This document shows positions 8,686 through 17,400 of a stretch of 64,000 nucleotides of DNA, in pieces. The first letter of the stretch is position 1; every line of letters starts with the position of its first letter. Under the pieces are notes generated by a model, which had not been told where the DNA came from, did no database searches, and saw only the letters and a list, made by a program, of their open reading frames with translations. Source of the stretch: Candidatus Shapirobacteria bacterium (GTDB lineage Bacteria; Patescibacteriota; Microgenomatia; UBA12405); assembly GCA_041661765.1 (NCBI GenBank), contig JBAZTV010000001.1:71755-135754 (forward strand), read 5' to 3'. The position numbers were made by a program, and so were the translations under genes.

Positions 8686-10437
8686 ATGAATCTCTCAAAA
8701 AGAGCTCATTTTATTATTTTTTTATTTTTTTTAATTTTAACTTGGATATCTTTTGGAATCGAAAAAATCCAAGCTAATGAAAAATATGCCACCATTGTCA
8801 ATCCAGTCAGGAGTCGAGAATTATGGGTCGATAAAACTATTAAGCCTATAGATGACCAATATCAAACAATAAATAATCTAAAACTAAAAGCCACTTGGTT
8901 AATTCAAGACGATGTAATTAATGATCAAGAACTCATCAAAAAAATTAAAGAATTTAATCAAGACCAAGAATTAGGTTTATTTTTAGAAGTTAGTCAAAAT
9001 TTAACCAAAAAAGCTCGAGTTTATTATCCCACCCAAACAGTCTGGTACAGCCCCAAAGCTGTTTTTTTATCAGCCTACAGTCTCAATGATAGAAAAAAAA
9101 TAATTGATCAAATGGTCGCTGATTTTAAAAACACTTTTGGATTTTTACCAAAATCGGCCGGAGCTTGGTGGATTGATAGTTGGTCACAGCAATATTTAGA
9201 AAAAAAATATCACATCACCACTGTCATGATTGTTGCCGACCAAAAAACTACCGATAAATACGGAGTTTGGGGGCAGTGGTGGGGTTACCCATATCATCCT
9301 TCACCTGATAATATTTTAGTGCCAGGAAACTCAAAAACAGTAGTTATTCAATGGGCCCAAAGAGATTTAGAAAAAGCCTATAGTGGCAGTGGTCCTTTAG
9401 TCTCAAATTTTTCACTTCAAGCCAACGATTACACCAGCCAAGGATTAGACCTTAATTATTTTAAAGATTTAGTCAACCAATATTTATCAGTCGAAAAATT
9501 AGGTCAAATTACTGTCGGTTTAGAAACAGGCATGGAAAGTATCGGACATGAAGAAGAATATGCAAAACAATTAACCTGGATTGCTAACAATCAGGTTATT
9601 AGTTTAAAAATGAGTGAGTTTGGCGACAAATATCGCTCCGTTTATGAAAATAAAAATCCCAAAAAAATAATTTTAAGTAATTGGATATTAACGCCGGAAT
9701 ATCGGGAAAATCAAAACCTAGGCGAAAAAACCAATTACAATCCCAATCTAAGTTTTAGTGATAAATTTATTGCCGATCAATCAGAATTTTTAAACCGAGT
9801 TTTATCAGAAACAAACAACAGAAAAGAAATTAAATATTGGCCAATATTTTTAATTATCATCCCTCTTCTATGGCTATGGAGTAAAAACATAGGCTTAATT
9901 TTTTGGCTTTTATTATTATATTTACCTATTTTTAGATCATATTATGATTCGGGTTGGAAAATATTTTTTGGTACCACTATCGAAAATTTAATTTTAGTAC
10001 AGTTGTCAATATTACTTATTGGTGGATTTTTAATCACCAAAATTAATAAAAAATTTAAAATTGATTGGAGTGCTTGGTGGTCGGTATGGATAGTAAATTT
10101 ATTAATTTTTACTGCCAGATACTCAGTTATTGATGGTCAACGTCATCTTGGTTGGCTAGTCGATAATTTTAGATTTATTGGTATCACTTTTGGTCAGGGT
10201 GTTAAATTTTTAAACCAAGATTTAATAGGATACGTAGCCGCTACTATGTTGAAATTTAATCCAGGTTGGATTTGGAATAATTGGTGGGTTTGGATGATTT
10301 TTTATCCTATTATTGAAATTGGATTAGTCTTTTTAATTAGCAAATTAATCCCCAAAAAACTTAGATATTTTATGGCCATATTATCAATATTTTTTATAAT
10401 TTATATTTTTGGTTTAGATCCAATAACTGTAAAATAA
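8686..10437 (+). CDS. Large membrane protein: N-terminal TM, a Trp-rich extracytoplasmic domain of about 370 aa, and a C-terminal polytopic region
   Basis: 583-aa ORF. Hydrophobicity pattern only; no catalytic motifs recognised. Confidence 0.45.
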   Translation: MNLSKRAHFIIFLFFLILTWISFGIEKIQANEKYATIVNPVRSRELWVDKTIKPIDDQYQTINNLKLKATWLIQDDVINDQELIKKIKEFNQDQELGLFLEVSQNLTKKARVYYPTQTVWYSPKAVFLSAYSLNDRKKIIDQMVADFKNTFGFLPKSAGAWWIDSWSQQYLEKKYHITTVMIVADQKTTDKYGVWGQWWGYPYHPSPDNILVPGNSKTVVIQWAQRDLEKAYSGSGPLVSNFSLQANDYTSQGLDLNYFKDLVNQYLSVEKLGQITVGLETGMESIGHEEEYAKQLTWIANNQVISLKMSEFGDKYRSVYENKNPKKIILSNWILTPEYRENQNLGEKTNYNPNLSFSDKFIADQSEFLNRVLSETNNRKEIKYWPIFLIIIPLLWLWSKNIGLIFWLLLLYLPIFRSYYDSGWKIFFGTTIENLILVQLSILLIGGFLITKINKKFKIDWSAWWSVWIVNLLIFTARYSVIDGQRHLGWLVDNFRFIGITFGQGVKFLNQDLIGYVAATMLKFNPGWIWNNWWVWMIFYPIIEIGLVFLISKLIPKKLRYFMAILSIFFIIYIFGLDPITVK

Positions 10438-10443
10438 AATTTT

Positions 10444-10992
10444 TTATTTTTCTTTAAATTTTCCCTCAAATCTCTCCACCAAAGAATAACAACAACCACA
10501 AAATATTTGCTTGTAAAAACCTTTAGTTTCTAATTTTTTACAAATATTTTGTGGCACCAAAAATTCAATTCCTACTTTTTCTCCAATTTCTTTTCCAATC
10601 TTTTCAATCATTTCCGAATTTTGATATTCGCTGGTCAACAGTGTCGAACTAAAAGCCTCAAATCCATTTTTTTTAGCAAACTCCGCTGTCCTTTCCAGCC
10701 TCAACCTCCAACATCTCTCACATCTTTTAGGTTTTAAAAAGTCCCTCTTGTCAAAGAGGGATTTAGGGAGATTGGTTTCAAACCATTCTCTTGGTCTCCA
10801 ATCCGCCACTATCATTTTCAAATCACCAATCATCAATTGCATTGCCTTTAACCTCGATTGATATTCCGATCTTGGGTGAATGTTCGGATTGTAATAATAA
10901 ACTACAATTTCACTAAATCTTTTTTCCAACTTAATTGATTCCACTATTTTTAATAAACAATCAGCACAGCAAGCATGTATTAACAATTTCAT
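10444..10992 (-). CDS. queH: Epoxyqueuosine reductase QueH (DUF208)
   Basis: N-terminal LLIHACCADC, YYYNPNIHPRSEY, and C-terminal Cys pairs (CERCW, CGCC). Carries an in-frame repeat-element insertion. Confidence 0.6.
   Translation of the reverse strand: MKLLIHACCADCLLKIVESIKLEKRFSEIVVYYYNPNIHPRSEYQSRLKAMQLMIGDLKMIVADWRPREWFETNLPKSLFDKRDFLKPKRCERCWRLRLERTAEFAKKNGFEAFSSTLLTSEYQNSEMIEKIGKEIGEKVGIEFLVPQNICKKLETKGFYKQIFCGCCYSLVERFEGKFKEK
10741..10780 (+). repeat. Double-hairpin element copy 5, in-frame inside queH (minus-strand gene)
   Basis: gtccctcttgtcaaagaggga + tttagggagattggtttc. Confidence 0.65.
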
Positions 10993-11015
10993 AAAATATT
11001 TTAAATTTAAAATTA

Positions 11016-11058
11016 AACCCTCCCTGTCAAGGGAGGGTGCCCGCAGGGCGGGTGGGTT
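11016..11058 (+). repeat. Double-hairpin element copy 6, intergenic, directly abutting the tyrS stop codon
   Basis: aaaccctccctgtcaagggaggg + tgcccgcagggcggg + tgggtttt. Confidence 0.8.
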
Positions 11059-12234
11059 TTATTTCCCCAAAAACTCTTTCATTTTTTCCAAACTCCCTTT
11101 CACTTTTGGTTCTTCAAAATGTTTCCTGGCCGGTTCCAATTTTTCAATCAACCAATCCGCTAATCCATTTTTCAAATCCAATGGATATAATTTTTCATTT
11201 TTATAATCCTCAATTAATTCATCCACTTTAGTGTAGACAATATCTCCACCAAATTTTTCTGGTCGGCTGATTTTAAAATTACCTGTTTTTTCTCCCCAAA
11301 ACACCAAAGTTTGCACCCAATTAATTAATGGATTAAATTCAATTTCTTTTGGTGGTCCGTAAGCTTTTTTAATCTTATTTCTAATTTCATCTGGCGTGTC
11401 ATGAATAAAAATCGCACTATTGGGTTTTGATTTGCTCATTTTCAAAGATTCTTCCAACAAAATTTTATCTCCACTTTCTGTAGTCAAATTTTTACCATCT
11501 TCTGTCAATAAACCAAAACCTTCATTTGAATTTTCCGGTCCAGTTAATCCCGCAATCAAATTTTGATGAATTGCCACTGGGGCAATAATTTCCCCTTTAC
11601 TATTTTTTAATGGATTAATGGTCAATTTTTTAGCCACATCTCTGGCAATTACATGAGCTTTTCTTTGATCCATTCCCGCATGAGCCAAATTAACCTGCAT
11701 CGTAAAAATATCTGCCACCTGGAGTGGGGGGTAAAACAAAGTTGCCATATCCACATCGTTACCTTCCTTTTTGCCCATTATCGAAATTGATCTTAAATTT
11801 CTCGACAAAGTCACATGTTTACCCACTTCCATAAAAGTTTCCCAGTGAACAAAATTTTTCTCATACAAATCTTTACCAGTCACAAATTCTACTTGATTTT
11901 CATTCACCCCATAACACTTTAAAGAGGCGATTAACCCTTCTTTAAAATAATGTTCGGTTGCCCAGCGGATATTTTCCCAATTTCCGCCCAATTTATTATT
12001 TAAATAAGAATGAAAATCAGCTAAAAATATTTTACATTTAACTCCTGCTTTTAAAAAATCAGCAATCTTTCCCATTGAAATCAAGCCAGTTCCCAAATGT
12101 ACCATTCCTGATATTTCAAACCCAATATAATGATTTAATACAGTTCCGTTTTCTAGTAATTTTTTCAAATCGTCTTCAGTTAATACTTCCTGACAATTAC
12201 GGGTGATTAATTTAATTTTTTCATTTATCTCCAT
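11059..12234 (-). CDS. tyrS: Tyrosyl-tRNA synthetase, archaeal/eukaryotic type
   Basis: YIGFEISGMVHLG (HIGH region), KMSKS, and C-terminal RPEKFGGD...LEPARK. Closely parallels archaeal TyrRS, e.g. M. jannaschii. Confidence 0.85.
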   Translation of the reverse strand: MEINEKIKLITRNCQEVLTEDDLKKLLENGTVLNHYIGFEISGMVHLGTGLISMGKIADFLKAGVKCKIFLADFHSYLNNKLGGNWENIRWATEHYFKEGLIASLKCYGVNENQVEFVTGKDLYEKNFVHWETFMEVGKHVTLSRNLRSISIMGKKEGNDVDMATLFYPPLQVADIFTMQVNLAHAGMDQRKAHVIARDVAKKLTINPLKNSKGEIIAPVAIHQNLIAGLTGPENSNEGFGLLTEDGKNLTTESGDKILLEESLKMSKSKPNSAIFIHDTPDEIRNKIKKAYGPPKEIEFNPLINWVQTLVFWGEKTGNFKISRPEKFGGDIVYTKVDELIEDYKNEKLYPLDLKNGLADWLIEKLEPARKHFEEPKVKGSLEKMKEFLGK

Positions 12235-12293
12235 AACTTAGAGTATAAAGCTAATTTTTAGAATTTACCATAGATTAGTGGCGTATAATTACT

Positions 12294-13364
12294 TTGATGA
12301 AAAAAATAATTTTATTTTTAGTTATTTTCTTTTCTTGTTTTTTTTCTTTATCTAAAAATACCTTTGCTATTGATCTTTATTATCGAGCTCAAGTCATCAA
12401 AATTACCAATACTGGGTCTGGTCAAAATCTCGATTTAAAAATTAATGATTCTAAGATTTCAGATAACACTATAGTCACTATTACCAATAATTTTTCTTTA
12501 GATGAAGGCCAAACCACTTTTAGTAATCAAAACAATTATCAAATCGACGATTGGCTTTATTTAAGTCAAGGCATTGACCCCTTATCTGGCCAAACCAGTT
12601 ATCAAATTGCTGATTATGATCGCAGCTCAGCTATTTTTTTGCTTTTTATGATTTTTATTATTGCCGTCCTACTTATTAGTTCGTGGCATGGGCTTCGTTC
12701 TCTTTTGTCAATGGCATTATCCTTTTTAGTTATTTTCTTTTTTATCCTACCCAATATTTATCATGGTTCCAATCCAATTTTAATTGTATCTCTAGGCATA
12801 ATTTTTATTATTCCAATTACTTTTTACCTCTCTCATGGTCTAAATAAAAAAACTACTGCCGCTATTATCGGTACCATTATTAGTCTTTTTATTGCCATTG
12901 CATTATCCTTAATTTTTATTAAATTTGCCAAGTTAACTGGTACTACCAGTGAAGAATCTGGTTTTTTACTTTCCTTAAAACCCGGTTTTTTTGATTTTAA
13001 ATCTATTTTATTATCAGGAATTATTATAGGTGTTCTTGGTGTCATTGATGATATTACTATTTCTCAATCAGCCGTTGTTTCTCAATTAAGAATTGCCAAT
13101 CCAAAAAACAAAAAAATATTTTCTCAGGCCATGGCTATTGGTAAAGATCATATTTCCTCCATGATCAACACACTGGTTTTAGTTTATGCCGGGGCTTCAT
13201 TACCTCTTTTACTTCTTTTTGTTGATAATCAATTACCTCTCGGTCAATTAATCAGTTTTGAACCGATTGCTGAAGAAATCATTCGCACTCTCATTGGTAG
13301 TGTTGCTCTTATTATCGCTGTTCCTATCACTACTTTTATTGCCACCAAATTAATCAAAAACTAA
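12294..13364 (+). CDS. YibE/F-like polytopic membrane protein (tentative)
   Basis: Signal/TM segment, an extracytoplasmic domain of about 100 aa, then 6-7 TM helices. 356 aa. Confidence 0.35.
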   Translation: MMKKIILFLVIFFSCFFSLSKNTFAIDLYYRAQVIKITNTGSGQNLDLKINDSKISDNTIVTITNNFSLDEGQTTFSNQNNYQIDDWLYLSQGIDPLSGQTSYQIADYDRSSAIFLLFMIFIIAVLLISSWHGLRSLLSMALSFLVIFFFILPNIYHGSNPILIVSLGIIFIIPITFYLSHGLNKKTTAAIIGTIISLFIAIALSLIFIKFAKLTGTTSEESGFLLSLKPGFFDFKSILLSGIIIGVLGVIDDITISQSAVVSQLRIANPKNKKIFSQAMAIGKDHISSMINTLVLVYAGASLPLLLLFVDNQLPLGQLISFEPIAEEIIRTLIGSVALIIAVPITTFIATKLIKN

Positions 13365-13802
13365 TTATTTATAATAGCTTTTAATTTGAAACAAAATATA
13401 CCAAGAAATTCCGGCTCCAATTATTAAACCTCCTAAATCAAACTTTAATAAACTTAATAAAGCGCTAATTAATGAAATATAAAACAATAATCTCCAAGAT
13501 TTAATTTTTCTTTTAAATAATCCCGGTATTGCCATTATTTGTAAAATTATCATTACTATTCCTAATAATACTGAAATAATATAAAAACAACCTCTAGTAC
13601 CACCTAAAAGTATCAATGATGTCGTTGTTATCATTAACCCCATAAAAGCCAATATCACTGGCACTGATAAAACTAATAATATTACTGCTAAATACGGGCC
13701 ATATTTTACAATTATTTCTTTAATTTTTTTGGGCAACTCTGGCAATTTTTTAACAAAAATTTTATCCAATCCTTTTTCTAGTTTTGTAATCATTCTAACC
13801 AA
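13365..13802 (-). CDS. Hypothetical 4-TM membrane protein
   Basis: 145-aa hydrophobic ORF. Confidence 0.4.
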   Translation of the reverse strand: MVRMITKLEKGLDKIFVKKLPELPKKIKEIIVKYGPYLAVILLVLSVPVILAFMGLMITTTSLILLGGTRGCFYIISVLLGIVMIILQIMAIPGLFKRKIKSWRLLFYISLISALLSLLKFDLGGLIIGAGISWYILFQIKSYYK

Positions 13803-13809
13803 TTATACA

Positions 13810-14472
13810 CTAAAATTTTCCAGTTCCAAAGATCAAGCAAGTTGCCAATCCATCCACCCCAATTCCCACATAATTCCATCTATTATCCAACTGATTGTCG
13901 TTATGAGGTTTATCGCCGGCATACATCCATTCAATCACATGAACCCCATTTAATTTAAATCCATAACTAATATTTTCTCCCAAAGCTGTAAATCCTAATT
14001 TATTAAAACCATCCTGATTTTCAATAAAATCACTAAAACCTTTATGTTGATCCACTGATTTTAATCCGTTTAAATATTTTGCCCTTTCTTGGGCATAATT
14101 ACTCAGTTTTTCATCCAAAGTTAAAATTTGTGAACCTTGTACTTTCCGATATTCATTCAAAGCCACCAATATTTCCTTTGCCGTCGCCATAGTTGCATCT
14201 TCACCTATTTTCATTGTCCAAGTCACCTCATCTATTTGTTTTGCCACCCCCCATGGCTCAGTCCCTCCCTTTTCAAGGGAGGGTGTCCGTAGGACGGGTG
14301 GGTTTTGACTCTCAATAGTTGTTATTGTGGGTTTTGGAATTATAGTGGGTTTCGATGTCAGCGTCGGTATTTTTTCTAAAACCGGTGCCAAAGCTTCTTC
14401 TTTTTGAACCAAAACAAATCCCAAAATTTCCAACAATAAAACCATTAATACTATTCTTACAATTCTCTCCAT
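13810..14472 (-). CDS. Secreted CAP/SCP/PR1-domain protein
   Basis: Signal peptide. CAP-domain signatures (HKGFSDFIEN, GENISYGF, WMYAGDKPHNDNQLDNRWNYVGIGV). In-frame repeat-element insertion in the N-terminal linker. Confidence 0.7.
   Translation of the reverse strand: MERIVRIVLMVLLLEILGFVLVQKEEALAPVLEKIPTLTSKPTIIPKPTITTIESQNPPVLRTPSLEKGGTEPWGVAKQIDEVTWTMKIGEDATMATAKEILVALNEYRKVQGSQILTLDEKLSNYAQERAKYLNGLKSVDQHKGFSDFIENQDGFNKLGFTALGENISYGFKLNGVHVIEWMYAGDKPHNDNQLDNRWNYVGIGVDGLATCLIFGTGKF
14262..14307 (+). repeat. Double-hairpin element copy 7, in-frame inside the CAP-domain gene
   Basis: tccctcccttttcaagggaggg + tgtccgtaggacggg + tgggtttt. Confidence 0.8.
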
Positions 14473-14488
14473 TAGTTCTATTTTACTC

Positions 14489-17400
14489 TTACAATCCAGT
14501 TGTATCTAATGTCGCTCCTACTTCTGTTGGTGTTGGTGTCAGTGTTGGTGTTGTTCCTCCAATATCCATTTTCAATAAAATCTGATCCAATTGCGATTTA
14601 GTAATACATGTTTCATTATTTTCTTCACCTACACATAAATTCTTAGTTTGAGTTTTATCAGTTACAATCTTTGGAGTAATTATTTCCACTCCGGCCACCA
14701 ACCGATCAGTTATTATTTCCGATAAATCGGTTAAAACTAAATTATCATTCTGCCACATCAATTCATCCAAAATTTGTTTTGAAAAATCAGTTGCATTTTC
14801 ATCAACCCCTGGCAATAAATCAGCAATTTTAGTTCCAGTTCCCAAACCATTTTTAATAAACATTAAAACCTGACCTGTCTCTTCACCCTCAAAATCGCTC
14901 ATCGCCGTTCCAATAATCGCTCCCGCTTTAGTCGCTTTCATTGCCACCCCTGGGGTCGATGACGAAGTTAGGGGATCACCCGCCTTAATTGGTCCATTTT
15001 CAGTATTCACTTTCACTGGTACTCTTCCCGACAATGCCACCGGTACTGATTTTACCCCTTCATCATCCACTTCTCCCATTATTACCCCCGGTCTCAAAGA
15101 AATTACTCCAAAAACATTATTATCATATGCCTTTTGGCTTTTTTTAACCCCCGCATTTAAGGTTGAATCTAAGCTCACCACATCTCCTGGAGCCATAGAA
15201 TTATCATTAGTTGAATAAAGTTCTGCCAAGTCTGCTCCCGAGGCCGCCACTTCAATTATTGTCATCATTATTTTTGGTACCGTATTTGGAGTTGTGGCAG
15301 TACTAGTCAGAGCACAAATAGTGTAAGCCTGAGAAGAAGTTGTATTTGGACTATCAATAAAACTAAAACCAAGATAACTGTCGACAGGGGAATCAGATGT
15401 ATGGCTTCCAGTTGTCAGTAAAGTTAAATCAGAATCAACTTGTGTTCCACCACAACCAGATACTCCTCTTCGAACTCTAAAAGTATTTGTTTCAGTATCA
15501 TTTGATGTCATAGTTACCTTAATTAATCCCGTAATTAAAATCCTATTACTGACAGATGATGGTGTAATTGCCGGGGCAGTTCCTTGAAGAATATTGGTTT
15601 CACCAATACCAAGAGTGTCAATAGTATTATCCACTATACTAGCGCTTTTTGCCGCTCCACCAGATCCGGTAGTATCACAATCTTTCCAGACACTATTTTC
15701 ATAACATCTAAATTTATTAGTAGAAGAATTGTAATAAGTGGCTCCATTTATTCCAGTCGGATCACTAGTTCCATTATCTAGCACTAATAAATCTGGTGCC
15801 GTTGTTCCACTGTTCCCAATAACCACTTTTCCGCTGGAATTCGTTCCACCAACCGCAAAAGTAATATTTCCACTACTAGCTTGAATAGTATTTGTACTTA
15901 TTCCACCATTAAATGTTTGCAGTCCAGTCCACACATTCGATGATCCCAAATTCAAAGCCACTGTGCCTGTGCTACCTAAAGAAATTGTTCCTCCGCCACT
16001 TAACCCTATCCCAACTGCCACAGTCAGCGAACTATTAACCAAACTAGTGTTAGTCAGGCCAGTAATTGTATTATTACCACCATCAATTGTTTTACCTGTA
16101 AATGTTTGAGTTTGTCCCACAAAAGCAAAAGTGTCATCTATGGTTAAACCTGGAATAGTGGCAATTCGACTAGTCGATGGAGCAATTGCTGATATGGTTG
16201 TTGTGTTATTTGTCCCTAAAGATAATTGATTTGTTGTATTAAAAATATTCAAAGCACCAGCTGGGTCCAGTCTCATTTTTTCACTTCTAGTAGTCGAACC
16301 TAAAGGTGTCACAATAAAAGATAAATAAGTTCCCCGGTTAGTGGCAGTAAAATTTTCTCCAGCAATGACTTGAAATGCTCCTGAACTACCTAAAACTCCT
16401 AATGGAAAAGTTGTACCATCATAACCGCGACCGCCAAGTGAAGCTAATTTATCATCTGTCTGGACTGCCAATGGAGCACTTTCCGTTCCTCTAGCCTTTC
16501 TGCCGACTACTCCTGGTGAATAAACATCATTACTGTATTTGGTCACATATAAAAAATCATTCTGAGAAATTAATTCAAATGGGCCAACAGGGTTAGTCGT
16601 CCCAATTCCCACAAACCCATTATTCATAATTACTATTGCTGTATTCGCGCCACTATCACCCACATTAAATTTTGTATTTATGCCGGTAGCATTATTTCCC
16701 GACAGGGCATTGTTACCAGCAATAGTTATTGTTCCATCTGCAATTGCACTACCAATAATCTGAGGCGTTAAAATCGAAGTTGTAAAAGTCGGGGAGGTAG
16801 ATAACACCAAAGCTGAACCACTCCCAGTCGTTGAATTACCCAAAGCCGTCACAGTTCCTGAAGTTGGTAAAGTTAAAGAAGTCGGCCCAGTAGTATTAAA
16901 GAAAAGCCCATTATTTAAAGTGGATAGGGGAATTTGTCCTGAAGCATCAGGTAAAGTCCAAGTTCTACCAGCCGTTAAATTAGCTTGGGTAATTATTCCC
17001 TGATAAGAAGTTGCTCCACCGTTCTGTCCAGGCGCAATTTTGATCGAATCATCAGTCACTGTATTAGATAAAAATTGCATTCCATTACCACTGCCAGTTT
17101 TAGCCGTAATACTACCTGTTCCACTTCTTAACTCAATACTGGTACTAGTTGTTGAATTTCCAATCGCAATAATATTAGAGGCATTTCCTGTTCCAATGTT
17201 AACCGTCATCCCCCCATTGCTGGCAAATAAATTAGCTGTTCCAGTTTGATTAACCCCCCCAATATCAAAAGTTCCAGTTGTTGTAGAGCTACCAATGGAA
17301 TAATTTGAAGAAGCAGTACCTTCTAGAGAAAAACCACTAGTTCCAACAAATAAATTTAACGAAGTATCACCAGTATTATTACCAATATTAATAATTTTTT

